A stretch of 64,000 nt of DNA from Acidobacteriota bacterium (GTDB lineage: Bacteria > Acidobacteriota > Terriglobia > Versatilivoradales > Versatilivoraceae), in the NCBI GenBank assembly GCA_028875575.1, contig JAPPDF010000052.1:2554-66553 (forward strand), written 5' to 3'. The notes under the pieces were generated by a model. It made no database searches, was not told the DNA's origin, and saw only the letters and a program-made list of their open reading frames with translations. Position 1 is the first letter of the stretch. Each line of letters starts with the position of its first letter. Shown one piece after another: positions 18,575 through 29,241 of this stretch. Both the position numbers and the translations under genes were made by a program.

Positions 18575-20136
18575 TAGGGCACCGACCCCGTCAGGAAGAG
18601 CGTGGTAATTTCTCCCGCTTCGCGGTCCCAGCGCTTCACCAGGAATAAAAGGTTCATGCCGGACTGCAGGTCGGAGGTGAGTTCCTGCAGGTCACCGACG
18701 GTGCGGGTCGGCTTCTTGTTGATCTCCATGATCAGGTCGTGGGGTCTGATCCGGGCCTCCTCGGCAATGCTGTCGGGTTCGACCCTCATGACGTAGACTC
18801 CGCTCTCCTCATCCGACAAATTGAATTGCCGGGCCAGTCGGGGAGTGAGGTTCTGTGCGGAAATTCCCAGGCGGACCGATTCGGAAGGTCCCTCCTCTGC
18901 AGGAGCAGCGCCGCGGGAAACCGAAGGAAGGTCCTCTCGATCCATGGCCGTCAGTTGGGTGGTCCTGAGCCGGCCGTCCCGAATGTACTTGATGGTGATC
19001 CTGGTTCCCGGGGCCACGGCGGAGAGCACTCGATGCATATCGTAGGTGTCATTGATCTTGTTCCCGTCCACCTCCACGATCACGTCGCCCTGCTCGAGCC
19101 CGGCCTTGGCGGCGGGACCGTCAGCCGGGTCGGCCCTTTCCACAATCACTCCCTTGCCGTCGGCTGCACCCAAGGCCTTGAGTGTTTGAGCGGTAGCCTC
19201 CCCCTGCATCCGAATTCCTATGGCCCCGCGCCGAACCTTGCCATGTTCGATGAGCTGGTTATAGACGTTGGTGGCCAGGTTGGAGGGAAGAGCGAATCCG
19301 ATACCGAGATTTCCCCCCATTCCCCCAAAAGTGTTTTGGGTCAAAATGGCGGTGTTGACGCCGATGACCTCTCCGGCCATGTTGACCAGGGGGCCTCCGC
19401 TGTTGCCCCGGTTGATGGCGGCATCGGTTTGCAAGAACTGTTGCCAGGGCGTGGCATCTCCCATGTTCTTGCGACCGGTGGCGCTGATGATGCCGGCGGT
19501 GACCGTCTGCTCCAGACCAAAGGGGCTGCCCACCGCCAGTACCCAGTCGCCCTGACGCATCCCGTCCGAATCGCCCAACCTGGCAGCGGTGAGCTTGTCT
19601 TCGGCTTCTACCCGGATTACGGCCAGGTCGGTATTGACATCCTTGCCCACCACCTTGGCCTCGTACTCGTCTCCGGTGGACAGCTTGACGGTGATGGTGT
19701 CGGCATTTTCAACCACGTGGGCGTTGGTGAGAATATATCCCTTGGCATCCACCACGAAGCCCGATCCGAGGGACTGGCTCCTACGACTCCGGCGGGGCAT
19801 TTCCGGACCGAAGAAGCGTTCGAAAAAGTCCTGGAACGGGTCGTTGCGGTACTGCCGGCGGGGGGAAGACTGCCGCCTGACGATGGTTTCAGTGCTGATA
19901 TTGACTACCGCGTTCTCGACTTTTTGAGCCACTGTTGAAAAGTGCGACGACAGCTTGGTGGGAGAAGGCACGCTGATGGGCGCGGGCGTGGAGGCCGCCG
20001 ACCTGGCGGCGCTCACGGAATGGTCGATCATGGTGCCGATGGCCACCCCCAGGATGAGGGTTCCCAGAATCATCGAGAAGAAAAGAAGTCTGCGCCTCCT
20101 CATGGCTCTCAATATCCTTTCGACGGAAGCGATCAT
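18574..20136 (-). CDS. degP: Periplasmic serine endoprotease DegP/HtrA (Do family, trypsin domain plus two PDZ domains)
   Basis: Catalytic-triad context (TNAHVV, DLAV, GNSGGPL) and two PDZ domains. ATG 20136 with AAGGTG upstream; a GTG at 20142 is an alternative start. Confidence 0.9.
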   Translation of the reverse strand: MIASVERILRAMRRRRLLFFSMILGTLILGVAIGTMIDHSVSAARSAASTPAPISVPSPTKLSSHFSTVAQKVENAVVNISTETIVRRQSSPRRQYRNDPFQDFFERFFGPEMPRRSRRSQSLGSGFVVDAKGYILTNAHVVENADTITVKLSTGDEYEAKVVGKDVNTDLAVIRVEAEDKLTAARLGDSDGMRQGDWVLAVGSPFGLEQTVTAGIISATGRKNMGDATPWQQFLQTDAAINRGNSGGPLVNMAGEVIGVNTAILTQNTFGGMGGNLGIGFALPSNLATNVYNQLIEHGKVRRGAIGIRMQGEATAQTLKALGAADGKGVIVERADPADGPAAKAGLEQGDVIVEVDGNKINDTYDMHRVLSAVAPGTRITIKYIRDGRLRTTQLTAMDREDLPSVSRGAAPAEEGPSESVRLGISAQNLTPRLARQFNLSDEESGVYVMRVEPDSIAEEARIRPHDLIMEINKKPTRTVGDLQELTSDLQSGMNLLFLVKRWDREAGEITTLFLTGSVP

Positions 20137-20457
20137 GTTCACACCTTGAACAAAGTGTAAGTTATCGCCTCGGTGAGGGCAACCTTGAATGCGCGCGGTA
20201 CGGGAGCAGCCGGCCCCACCCTCGCCTCATGATCCTGCCAATATCTTTTTTGGTAATCGTACGGGGATATGCTAACATCCCGCCGTAATTTGGGCGAGGA
20301 CGGGCCGGGCAGTTTCGGTCCCCGGCGGACCGCCTGAGTCCCGGCGGTGGCCGCGCCCTGTGCTTTCCGGGTCCGGGACAGCATTGCTTTCGAACCCCAA
20401 TCCCTCACATCATCCCTGGCAAGGGATCCTTCGGTTCCCGACCGGCCACTATCGCCG

Positions 20458-20835
20458 ATGACGCTTCAATTTGCCAATGTGCTGGTTTTTCTGGGCGTCG
20501 GCGCGCTGTTCATCTTCGTCAATCTGCTCATTGCAAGCTTGATTCGCCCCTCCAAGTACAGCGAGGAAAAGTTGATTCCCTACGAGTGTGGGGAGAATCC
20601 GGTCGGCAGTCCCTGGATCAAGTTCAATATTCGTTTCTACGTTTTCGCCTTGATTTTCATCATATTCGACGTGGAGGTGGCCTTTTTGCTGCCGTGGGCT
20701 GTGGTTTTCAAGGAACTGGGGTGGATCGCGTTCATCGAAGGACTCATCTTTATCGCCATACTGGTGGTCGGCCTGGCCTACGTTTGGGCCAAGGGGGATC
20801 TGCAATGGGTGCGGCCCGAAGAACGTTACCAGTGA
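20458..20835 (+). CDS. nuoA: NADH-quinone oxidoreductase subunit A
   Basis: NuoA/ND3 family, three TM helices ([11 protein letters not shown]…). The 5' extension in the ORF track is rejected. Confidence 0.9.
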   Translation: MTLQFANVLVFLGVGALFIFVNLLIASLIRPSKYSEEKLIPYECGENPVGSPWIKFNIRFYVFALIFIIFDVEVAFLLPWAVVFKELGWIAFIEGLIFIAILVVGLAYVWAKGDLQWVRPEERYQ

Positions 20836-20847
20836 TGGAAGGGAGCC

Positions 20848-21366
20848 ATGGGAATCCTGGAGAATAGGTTCGGCGACAACATCGTTCTTACGACCGTGGA
20901 TACATTGCTGAACTGGGGAAGAGCCTCGTCGCTATGGCCGATGACCTTTGGCCTGGCCTGCTGCGCCATCGAAATGATGGCGACCGGAGCTTCCCGCTAC
21001 GACTGGGATCGCTTCGGAATGATTCCCCGGGCTACGCCCCGCCAGTCGGATGTCATGATCGTGGCGGGGACGGTCACCTTGAAGATGGCCACCCGTGTGA
21101 AGCGGCTTTATGAGCAAATGCCGGAACCCAAGTATGTGATCTCCATGGGCAGTTGCGCCAACAACGGAGGACCCTACTGGCAGCATGGCTACCATGTTCT
21201 TAACGGCGTGGACCACGTGATACCGGTAGATGTCTACGTTCCCGGCTGTCCCCCGCGTCCGGAAGCCCTTCTTTTCGGCGTCATGAAGCTTCAGGAAAAG
21301 ATCATGCGGCAGCGTGTACTTCGCAAGAAAGGGTCCACGCAAGAAAGGGCCCGCCAAATCGGATGA
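20848..21366 (+). CDS. nuoB: NADH-quinone oxidoreductase subunit B
   Basis: N2 cluster ligands ([21 protein letters not shown]). Confidence 0.95.
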   Translation: MGILENRFGDNIVLTTVDTLLNWGRASSLWPMTFGLACCAIEMMATGASRYDWDRFGMIPRATPRQSDVMIVAGTVTLKMATRVKRLYEQMPEPKYVISMGSCANNGGPYWQHGYHVLNGVDHVIPVDVYVPGCPPRPEALLFGVMKLQEKIMRQRVLRKKGSTQERARQIG

Positions 21367-21923
21367 AACAGGCCTCGGAGATCATCCAGACCCTCCAGGA
21401 TCAATTCCCGGACCAAATCATCAAGTCCAGCCAGGAATGCCTCCAGCCCTTCGTTGTAGTGGCTTCGGATGCCGTGGCGGAGATCTGCGCCTTTCTCAAG
21501 AACGATCGCGACCTGGCTTTCGATACCTTGATGTGCTTGAGCGGCGTGGACTACAAGAGTGCCAAGAACGAACCGGAGCGGCTCGAGGTGGTCTACCACC
21601 TTTTTTCCATGCACCACAGGCACAAGATCGTGCTCAAGGCGGAACTGCCGAGAGAAGACCCGGCCCTGCCCACGGTCGAAACCGTCTGGGACATCGCCAA
21701 CTGGCATGAAAGAGAGGCCTACGACATGTACGGCATCCACTTCGACGGCCATAGCGACCTGCGCCGAATCCTTTGTCCAGACGACTGGGTGGACTTTCCG
21801 CTGAGAAAGGACTATGTCCAACCGGAGACCTACCGCGGCATGCCGGCCGCGGCGTCCAAACAGTTTGCCGAACGGGCCCAGGAGGGAGAAGATCTGGGAA
21901 CCGATCCCTTCCAGGCCGGTTGA
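21363..21923 (+). CDS. nuoC: NADH-quinone oxidoreductase subunit C
   Basis: NuoC/30 kDa subunit family. 4-bp overlap with nuoB. Confidence 0.9.
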   Translation: MKQASEIIQTLQDQFPDQIIKSSQECLQPFVVVASDAVAEICAFLKNDRDLAFDTLMCLSGVDYKSAKNEPERLEVVYHLFSMHHRHKIVLKAELPREDPALPTVETVWDIANWHEREAYDMYGIHFDGHSDLRRILCPDDWVDFPLRKDYVQPETYRGMPAAASKQFAERAQEGEDLGTDPFQAG

Positions 21924-21971
21924 CGGGATCGTTTCAACCTGCCCCGGAGCGCCGTCCCCCGAGTAATTTAC

Positions 21972-23096
21972 ATGCAAGTCGAAGCTTACGCCGGCGAGGA
22001 AATGGTCCTGAACATGGGCCCCCAGCATCCCAGCACGCACGGCGTGTTGCGCCTGGAGCTGGAAACGGACGGTGAAATCGTCAGGAACGTCACTCCCCAC
22101 ATCGGCTACCTGCACCGCTGTTTCGAGAAGCACGCCGAACACATCGACTATCCCGGCGTCATCCCCTTTTGCGACCGCATGGACTACATTGCCTCCATGA
22201 ACAACAGCCTGGGCTATGCGCTGGCCGTTGAAAAGTTGATGGATCTGGAGGTCAACGAGCGGGTGAAGACCCTCAGGGTGTTGATGGCCGAACTCAACCG
22301 CATTGCCAGCCATCTGCTTTCGGTTGGCACCTATGCCATGGATATCGGGTCTTTCACCCCTTTCCTGCATTGTTTCCGGGAGCGGGAGAAAGTTCTGGAC
22401 CTGTTCGAATGGCTGTGCGGCGCCAGGCTCCTGTACAACTACAACTGGGTCGGTGGCGTTTCGCACGACATTCCCGAGGGCTTCGAGGCCAAGACCCGCG
22501 AGTTTCTGACCCAGTTCGAGCCCGTCATCGCGGAGTTGGACAAGTTGCTCAGCTATAACAAGATCTTCCTGGAACGCACGGCCGATGTCGGGATCATCAG
22601 CGAGGAGCAGGCCCTGTCGCACAACGTGACCGGACCCAACCTGCGCGGATCCGGAATCGCATGGGACCTGCGCAAGGAAGAGCCCTACTGCGGCTACGAG
22701 ACCTATGAATTCGAGGTTCCGGTGGGCCTGGGCGAGCACGGTCCTCTCGGCTCCTGTTGGGACCGTTACTATGTGCGGGTTCGCGAGATGGAGCAGAGCC
22801 TTGGACTGATTCGCCAGGCCTTGGATCGACTTCCCGAAGGAGACGTGCACGAGCACATTCCCCGACGGGTGCGGCCCGCCAAGAGCGAGGTCTACGACCG
22901 CACCGAAACGCCTCGAGGAGAGTTGGGATACTACATAGTGAGCGCCGGAGGACTCATCCCCTTCCGGGTCAAAGTCAAGTCCCCCTGCTTTACGGTGCTG
23001 AGCCTGCTTCCTGCCATCGCCAAGGGTGGAATGGTGGCGGATATCATCGCCATAATCGGCAGCATCGATATCGTGATGGGTGAGATCGACCGTTAG
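21972..23096 (+). CDS. nuoD: NADH-quinone oxidoreductase subunit D
   Basis: 49 kDa subunit family (MGPQHPSTHGVLRL…). Confidence 0.95.
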   Translation: MQVEAYAGEEMVLNMGPQHPSTHGVLRLELETDGEIVRNVTPHIGYLHRCFEKHAEHIDYPGVIPFCDRMDYIASMNNSLGYALAVEKLMDLEVNERVKTLRVLMAELNRIASHLLSVGTYAMDIGSFTPFLHCFREREKVLDLFEWLCGARLLYNYNWVGGVSHDIPEGFEAKTREFLTQFEPVIAELDKLLSYNKIFLERTADVGIISEEQALSHNVTGPNLRGSGIAWDLRKEEPYCGYETYEFEVPVGLGEHGPLGSCWDRYYVRVREMEQSLGLIRQALDRLPEGDVHEHIPRRVRPAKSEVYDRTETPRGELGYYIVSAGGLIPFRVKVKSPCFTVLSLLPAIAKGGMVADIIAIIGSIDIVMGEIDR

Positions 23097-23132
23097 TTCC
23101 TTCGGCAGGGCCGAGGATCGACTGCCGATTTC

Positions 23133-24209
23133 ATGCCCACAAAGAAGATCCGGTACGCATCCATGGAATACCTCAGAGAGGTACTGACTCAGCAGGTGGC
23201 AGGGTACGATCAATTGCCCGAGGTTCTGCAGATCTTCCTCCCCATGCTGCTGGCCTGTTTACTGTGCCTGGGGTTGGTTGCCTTCATCCCCCTGGTGGCA
23301 ATCTGGGGGGAGCGCAAGGTTTCGGCCCACATGCAGGACCGGTTGGGACCGATGCGGGTGGGCGGCTGGCACGGATGGGCCCAGACCATCGCCGACGGAG
23401 TCAAGCTGCTATTGAAAGAGGACATCATCCCGGCTCAGGCCGACCGGCTGCTCTTCAAGCTGGCCCCACTGGTGGTTTTCGCCGGGGGCTTTGCCGCCTT
23501 TGTGGTGTTGCCCTTCGGCGAGCGGCTCATCGTCAGCGACCTCAATATCGGAGTGCTGTATATCGCGGCCATCTCCTCGTTGGGCGTGGTGGGGATCATC
23601 ATGGCCGGTTGGGCCTCCAACAACAAGTACGCGCTGTTCGGGGGAATGCGGGCGGCTGCCCAGATCGTCAGCTACGAGATCCCCACCGTTCTGGCCATCC
23701 TGACGGTGGTGATTCCGGTGGGCAGCCTCAGCATGCAGGAGATCGTGCGGGCTCAATCGGGGGGTGTTTTCAACTGGTTCATCTTCCAGCCCGTCACCTT
23801 CCTGGCATTCTGGGTCGTCTACCTGGGTACGCTGGCCGAGGTGAACCGGACTCCCTTCGATATTCCGGAGGCCGAATCGGAGCTGGTGGCCGGGTACCAC
23901 ACCGAATACAGCGGCATGCGCTTCGCGTTCTTCTTCCTGGCGGAGTATGCCAACATGTTCCTGGTGAGCGCGCTGGCGACCACCCTCTTCCTGGGGGGAT
24001 GGCATGGGCCGGGCTTTCTTCCGGGGCCGGTCTGGTTCATCCTCAAGGCAACGGCTCTGGTCTTCGTGCAGATGTGGTTGCGGTGGACCTTGCCCCGTTT
24101 GAGGGTCGATCAGCTCATGCACGTGAGTTGGAAGGTCCTGTTGCCCATTTCTTTCGTCTTGGTGTTGGCCGCGGGGACGCTGGCCCTGTGGCGGGAGGGA
24201 ACCCCTTGA
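23133..24209 (+). CDS. nuoH: NADH-quinone oxidoreductase subunit H
   Basis: ND1 family ([19 protein letters not shown]). Directly follows nuoD, with no nuoEFG in between. Start may be an internal ATG (23163). Confidence 0.9.
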   Translation: MPTKKIRYASMEYLREVLTQQVAGYDQLPEVLQIFLPMLLACLLCLGLVAFIPLVAIWGERKVSAHMQDRLGPMRVGGWHGWAQTIADGVKLLLKEDIIPAQADRLLFKLAPLVVFAGGFAAFVVLPFGERLIVSDLNIGVLYIAAISSLGVVGIIMAGWASNNKYALFGGMRAAAQIVSYEIPTVLAILTVVIPVGSLSMQEIVRAQSGGVFNWFIFQPVTFLAFWVVYLGTLAEVNRTPFDIPEAESELVAGYHTEYSGMRFAFFFLAEYANMFLVSALATTLFLGGWHGPGFLPGPVWFILKATALVFVQMWLRWTLPRLRVDQLMHVSWKVLLPISFVLVLAAGTLALWREGTP

Positions 24210-24228
24210 CCATGGGGAAGGGGAAGCC

Positions 24229-24723
24229 ATGAAACGTTATATTCGAGATATTTTCCAATCCATCTGGACGGTGCTGCAGGGAATGAAGATCACCGGGATC
24301 CACCTCTTCACCCGCTCCTGCACGCTGCAGTACCCCAACGTCAAATGGGAGCTGCCCGAGCGCTCCCGCATGCGGCTGTTCAACAAGATCGAGGACTGCA
24401 TCGGCTGCGGTCAGTGCGTTCGGGCCTGCCCGGTCGACTGCATCTACATGACCACCGAGAGACGCGGCAAGGAGGAGGCTCCCATCTTCGCGGCCGACGG
24501 GACCCCCATCAAGCTGCGGGTCACCCAGTTCGATATCGACATGTCTCTCTGCTGCTACTGCAACCTCTGCACTTACCCATGTCCGACCCATTGCCTGGTC
24601 ATGACTCCCGAGTACGAGTTTGCGGTGCAGTCCAAGCAGGACTTTCTCTACCGCTTCGCCAAGGACGAACCCCAGGCCCCGCCCAAGCCCGCTCCGAGCC
24701 CCCGGCCGGCAGGGGCCAGTTGA
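24229..24723 (+). CDS. nuoI: NADH-quinone oxidoreductase subunit I (2x[4Fe-4S])
   Basis: Two CxxCxxCxxxCP ferredoxin motifs. Confidence 0.9.
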   Translation: MKRYIRDIFQSIWTVLQGMKITGIHLFTRSCTLQYPNVKWELPERSRMRLFNKIEDCIGCGQCVRACPVDCIYMTTERRGKEEAPIFAADGTPIKLRVTQFDIDMSLCCYCNLCTYPCPTHCLVMTPEYEFAVQSKQDFLYRFAKDEPQAPPKPAPSPRPAGAS

Positions 24724-24733
24724 GGGTATCCCG

Positions 24734-25234
24734 ATGAGTGTTACCGACATCGTTTTCATTCTTACCGCCATCGTCACGGTGGGATCGGCCGTGGTGGTGG
24801 TGGTGTCCCGAAGCTTGATCTACTCGGTTTTTTCCCTTCTCTTCACCTTTTTCGGGGTGGCGGTTCTTTACGTATTCCTGGGGGCCGACTTCCTGGCCGG
24901 TGCCCAGGTGCTCATCTACGTGGGAGGGATCCTGGTTCTGCTGCTGTTTGGCGTGATGCTGACCCACCGGCTCTACAATCTGAATCTGACTACCGAAAGA
25001 TTTCAGCCGGTTGCAGGCACCCTGATTGCGGCGGCGGTTTTCGCTTCCATCAGCCTGGCTGCGTTCAAGACCAAATGGAAGCTGGTTGGCGAGAGGGAAT
25101 TGGAGCCTACCACCCAACAGATCGGGGAGGCCTTCCTGAGCAGCTACCTTCTTCCCTTTGAAATTGCATCGGTACTCCTTCTGGTCGCCCTGATCGGAGC
25201 CGCCATGCTGGTGAGAAGGAGGACGGACGTTTGA
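24734..25234 (+). CDS. nuoJ: NADH-quinone oxidoreductase subunit J
   Basis: ND6 family. ATG 24734 (MSVTDIVFILTAIV…). Confidence 0.85.
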   Translation: MSVTDIVFILTAIVTVGSAVVVVVSRSLIYSVFSLLFTFFGVAVLYVFLGADFLAGAQVLIYVGGILVLLLFGVMLTHRLYNLNLTTERFQPVAGTLIAAAVFASISLAAFKTKWKLVGERELEPTTQQIGEAFLSSYLLPFEIASVLLLVALIGAAMLVRRRTDV

Positions 25235-25536
25235 TCGAACTCAAGTATTTCCTGCTGATTAGCGCGTGTCTGTTTTCCCTGGGCGTGTTCGGCGTGTTGA
25301 CTCGGCGCAACGCCGTCAACGTGCTGATGGGAGTGGAGCTGATCCTGAACTCGGCCAACCTGAACCTGGTGGCCTTCTCCCGCTACAGCTCTACCGGGAT
25401 CGACGGACAAATGTTTGCGGTTTTCGTCATTGTGGTGGCCGCCGCTGAAGTTGCCGTGGCCCTGGCGATCGTCCTCACCCTCTACCGGGTTCTGAACACG
25501 GTGAACCTGGATCGGGCCGATGTGCTCAAGCGGTAG
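25231..25536 (+). CDS. nuoK: NADH-quinone oxidoreductase subunit K
   Basis: ND4L family. TTG start overlapping the nuoJ stop. Confidence 0.9.
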   Translation: MIELKYFLLISACLFSLGVFGVLTRRNAVNVLMGVELILNSANLNLVAFSRYSSTGIDGQMFAVFVIVVAAAEVAVALAIVLTLYRVLNTVNLDRADVLKR

Positions 25537-25631
25537 ACGGGCCGGAGGCCTGCCTTGGCGCCGGGACCCCTCGTGATCCTCCTGGGCGCAGCATTTTCCA
25601 AGCGGGAAGAAAGAAAGAGGTTGGATCCTCA

Positions 25632-27122
25632 ATGAACCTCGGCAACCTGGACAGCCTGACCTTTTTCCGCCCGGAGCTGATCCTGCTGGGTGGCATCCTC
25701 CTGGTGGTGATTTCCGACATCGCGCTCAAGGGGTTGAGGAACCACGTCAACCCGCTGCTGACCCTGGCGGCGCTCCTGCTGGCTCTCTTCTACACGCTGC
25801 AGACCGATCATGGCTCGGCCATGACTCTCTTCGAAGGGATGCTGGCTCTGGACAACTTTGCCCTCTTCTTCAAGGTCTTCCTGCTGATGGCGGGGATCCT
25901 GGTGCTGCTGGGTTCTCTGCACTCGGAGGAATTGGCTTCCGTCCACCAGGGAGAATTTCACGCTCTCCTGCTGGCGGTCACCCTGGGCATGCTGCTGATG
26001 GCCAACTCGGCCCACCTGGTCATGCTCTACCTGTCACTGGAGCTGGTGTCACTGACCTCCTATGTCATGGTGGGCTACCTGCGCAGCGATCGTCTCTCCA
26101 ACGAGGCCTCCATGAAGTACATCCTGTTCGGCGCCGTGTCGACTGGAGCCATGCTGTATGGATTCTCCCTGCTGTACGGCATGACCGGAAGCCTCGATCT
26201 CTTCGCAATCCGGGACGCGCTGCTGGCGCAGGAAGTGGTCGGGTTCAATCAGGTCACCCTGGTGCTGATCGTGGTGCTGACCACGGCCGGTTTCGGATTC
26301 AAGACGGCAGCGGTGCCCTTTCACTTCTGGTGCCCGGACGTCTATACCGGCGCTCCCACACCGGTGACGGCCTTTCTCTCGGTTGCTCCCAAAGCCGCCG
26401 GCTTTGCCATTCTGGTGCGCTTCTTCCTGGGCGGACTGAGTCAACCGGCTGGGGAGCAGTGGGGATTCATCAGCGGAATCGACTGGCCGACGGTGCTTAT
26501 CGTGGTGTCGGTAATGACCATGAGCCTGGGGAACATCGCCGCGCTCACCCAGAACAACCTGAAGCGGATGCTGGCCTATTCCAGCATTGCGCACGCCGGC
26601 TACATCCTGATGGGTGTGGTCCTGCTGACCGGCACCGGCCTCAAAGCCATGCTGGTCTATCTCTTTGTTTACCTGTTCATGAATCTGGGCGCCTTCTTCG
26701 TGGTCACGGTAATTTTCAACAGCGAGAAGACCTTCGAACTGGAGGACTACAACGGCATGTTCCGTCGCTCGCCCTTTCTGGCGGTCGCCATGAGCATCTT
26801 CCTGTTGTCTCTGATCGGCATTCCGCCCTTTGCCGGATTTCTGGGCAAGCTCTATATCTTCGGCGCCGTCATCGACCAGGGCCTCTACTGGTTTGCTCTC
26901 GTGGGAGCCCTCAACGCCGCCGTGGCGGCCTTCTACTACATGAGGGTCATGAAGCACATGATTCTGGAAAACGATGACCGGCCGCCCACCCCGCTGCGCA
27001 TCTCCACTCTGAACCGGGCCCTGCTGGTTCTGCTGCTGGTTCCCAATATCCTCCTGATTGTCTTCTGGACCCCCATCGACCGCTGGACGGCCAACTCCAT
27101 CACCCTCTTCGGCGGACTATAG
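25632..27122 (+). CDS. nuoN: NADH-quinone oxidoreductase subunit N
   Basis: ND2 antiporter-like family, about 14 TM helices. Follows nuoK directly; nuoL and nuoM are elsewhere. Confidence 0.85.
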   Translation: MNLGNLDSLTFFRPELILLGGILLVVISDIALKGLRNHVNPLLTLAALLLALFYTLQTDHGSAMTLFEGMLALDNFALFFKVFLLMAGILVLLGSLHSEELASVHQGEFHALLLAVTLGMLLMANSAHLVMLYLSLELVSLTSYVMVGYLRSDRLSNEASMKYILFGAVSTGAMLYGFSLLYGMTGSLDLFAIRDALLAQEVVGFNQVTLVLIVVLTTAGFGFKTAAVPFHFWCPDVYTGAPTPVTAFLSVAPKAAGFAILVRFFLGGLSQPAGEQWGFISGIDWPTVLIVVSVMTMSLGNIAALTQNNLKRMLAYSSIAHAGYILMGVVLLTGTGLKAMLVYLFVYLFMNLGAFFVVTVIFNSEKTFELEDYNGMFRRSPFLAVAMSIFLLSLIGIPPFAGFLGKLYIFGAVIDQGLYWFALVGALNAAVAAFYYMRVMKHMILENDDRPPTPLRISTLNRALLVLLLVPNILLIVFWTPIDRWTANSITLFGGL

Positions 27123-27830
27123 CCCCCCGATCACCCAGGTGAGTTGTCTCACCGGACCGTGGGCCCCCTTGATCAGGACCTTTTCGATATCGGCGGTGCG
27201 GCTGGGACCGGTGATCATCGTCAGCGCCGCCGGCAGCCGGCCCTCTTCAGGTGCGGTCCCCAATTGGTGGAAGACGGCAGCCAGGTCCGGACAGATCTGG
27301 TCTGGGGTGGCCAGCACCAGGTGGGCAGTAGGGAGCAGGCTGATCTGACGACTGGAGCCGGTGCTGGCAACAAGGACGGTACCGCTCTCAGCGATCAGGA
27401 ATTCCGCCCCCGTGATGGACAAATCCGCTTGGGCCAGTTGCCGGGAATTCCGCCGCCGGGAACCCCTGCTATCCGAATCTCCTTCCTCGGTCCAAAGACT
27501 CACCTCGGGAAGCAGGTCCGAAAGCGCCTGGGCCAGGCGATGGCGCCGGCAGATTTCATGGTTGGAGACGGCGACCCTGCGGTATCCGGCGGCCACAACC
27601 AGGTCCTGAATGCCCCTCAGGGCTTCCTCACTATCGGTGCAGAGTCGGGGCTCGCCACCGACCCGTTCCGATTGTTCCCGAAACTGCCCGAAGAGCTGAG
27701 CGGGATCCACCCGGCCGGGGGACGAATCAGCCCTGTTGAGGCTGCCATGCGACTGTCCCTGCCCAGGGCCGGGGCGAAGCAACGCCCGCCGAATACGGCC
27801 AAGGATGACCTCCCGGGAACCGTTCATCAT
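27117..27830 (-). CDS. lutC: Lactate utilization protein C (LUD domain)
   Basis: LUD/YkgG family. ATG overlaps the lutB TGA (ATGA overlap). Confidence 0.75.
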   Translation of the reverse strand: MMNGSREVILGRIRRALLRPGPGQGQSHGSLNRADSSPGRVDPAQLFGQFREQSERVGGEPRLCTDSEEALRGIQDLVVAAGYRRVAVSNHEICRRHRLAQALSDLLPEVSLWTEEGDSDSRGSRRRNSRQLAQADLSITGAEFLIAESGTVLVASTGSSRQISLLPTAHLVLATPDQICPDLAAVFHQLGTAPEEGRLPAALTMITGPSRTADIEKVLIKGAHGPVRQLTWVIGGL

Positions 27831-29233
27831 CCCTCTCCCCGTGGCCGGTTCTCCTCCCACCACTGCTTGAAGGAGGTCTCGGCCAACGCCGGAAAGTCCC
27901 GGGTTGGACTCCATCCCGGAACGGCGAAAGGGCGATTGCCTTTACCTGACACCTTCAACAACAGACGCAACAGCGCCGAGCCCATCCGATACAGGGCCGG
28001 ATCCTTCATGCCGGCCGCGAAGAGAGACATCGCCAGACGCTCCTGCCAGGGAGTCGCCCGGCGGGATACCAGCTTCTCGCGCAGCCACAGCAGTTGGTGA
28101 TGGAGGTCGATCTTGACCGGACAGATATTGGAGCAGGAGCCGCAAAGCGAGGAGGCGTAGGGGAGATCCTTGGCGACCTCCAATCCTTGGAACAGTGGCG
28201 TCAGCACCGATCCGATGGGACCGGAGTAGACGGACCCGTAGGAGTGCCCTCCGACTCGCTGGTAGATCGGGCAGGTATTCAGGCAGGCGCCGCAACGAAT
28301 GCAGTAGAGCGAACGGCGCATTCGAGGATCAGCCAGAATGTCGCTGCGCCCGTTGTCGAGCAGAATCAGATGAAATTCTTCGGGGCCGTCCCATTCCCGC
28401 TCTCGGCGCGGTCCGCTGATCATGGAGACGTAACTGGTCTGCCTCTGTCCGGTCGAGCTGCGGGCCAGCAGCCTCAGGAAAAGCGGAAGGTCTGCAAACC
28501 GGGGGATTACTTTCTCCAAACCCATGATGGCCAGATGGACCCGAGGAAGGCTGGTGCAGAGACGGGCATTGCCCTCGTTTTCCACGATTACGATGGTGCC
28601 CGTATCGGCCGCGGCGAAATTGACCCCTGAGATTCCCAAACGGGCCGATAGAAACTCGCGGCGCAGCCGTTGCCTGGCAAAAGCACACAATTCCGCCGGA
28701 ACATCCGTGTAGGGAATTCCGAATTTTTCATGAAAGAGGTTTCCGATCTGCTGGCGGGTCATGTGCAGGGCGGGTGCGATGATGTGGGACGGAGTTTCGC
28801 CGGCGACCTGAATGATGAACTCACCCAGATCGGTTTCCACGGGTTCCACTCCGGCAGACTCCAGCGCATCGGCCAGCCCGATTTCCTCGGCAGCCATTGA
28901 CTTGGATTTCACCACGGTCGGGGCCTGCAGCCGGCGGCAGAGATCCACTACGTAATTGGAGGCCTCGCTTGCGTCCCGGGCCCAGAACACCCGGCCGCCC
29001 CGCCGAACCACGCTGGCTTCCAGCTTCTCCAGGTAGAAGTCCAGGTTCTCGACAGTTTCTTCCTTGATGCGATGGGCTCTCTCTCGAAGATCCTCCCACT
29101 CGGGCACCAGTTGGACGGACTGGGCGCGCTGCCCCAGGGCATGGCCGGTGGCCGATTGAAAGGTGTTGCGAAGACGCTGGTCTGCGACATTCTCCGAGGC
29201 AAGAATCTTGAATTGGCTGGGCGTACGATTCAT
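27827..29233 (-). CDS. lutB: Lactate utilization protein B (iron-sulfur, LUD domain)
   Basis: CIRCGACLNTCP and CGSCSNICP 4Fe-4S motifs plus a LUD domain. ATG 29233 (MNRTPSQFKIL…). Confidence 0.85.
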   Translation of the reverse strand: MNRTPSQFKILASENVADQRLRNTFQSATGHALGQRAQSVQLVPEWEDLRERAHRIKEETVENLDFYLEKLEASVVRRGGRVFWARDASEASNYVVDLCRRLQAPTVVKSKSMAAEEIGLADALESAGVEPVETDLGEFIIQVAGETPSHIIAPALHMTRQQIGNLFHEKFGIPYTDVPAELCAFARQRLRREFLSARLGISGVNFAAADTGTIVIVENEGNARLCTSLPRVHLAIMGLEKVIPRFADLPLFLRLLARSSTGQRQTSYVSMISGPRREREWDGPEEFHLILLDNGRSDILADPRMRRSLYCIRCGACLNTCPIYQRVGGHSYGSVYSGPIGSVLTPLFQGLEVAKDLPYASSLCGSCSNICPVKIDLHHQLLWLREKLVSRRATPWQERLAMSLFAAGMKDPALYRMGSALLRLLLKVSGKGNRPFAVPGWSPTRDFPALAETSFKQWWEENRPRGEG

Positions 29234-29241
29234 CCCTGCAG

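Noticed and set aside
20143-20457. Specific promoter call for the nuo operon (TTGGTA…TATGCT at about 20248-20275)
   Set aside because: The hexamers have a 12-nt spacer, too short for a canonical sigma70 promoter. The 300-bp leader is noted but no promoter is annotated.
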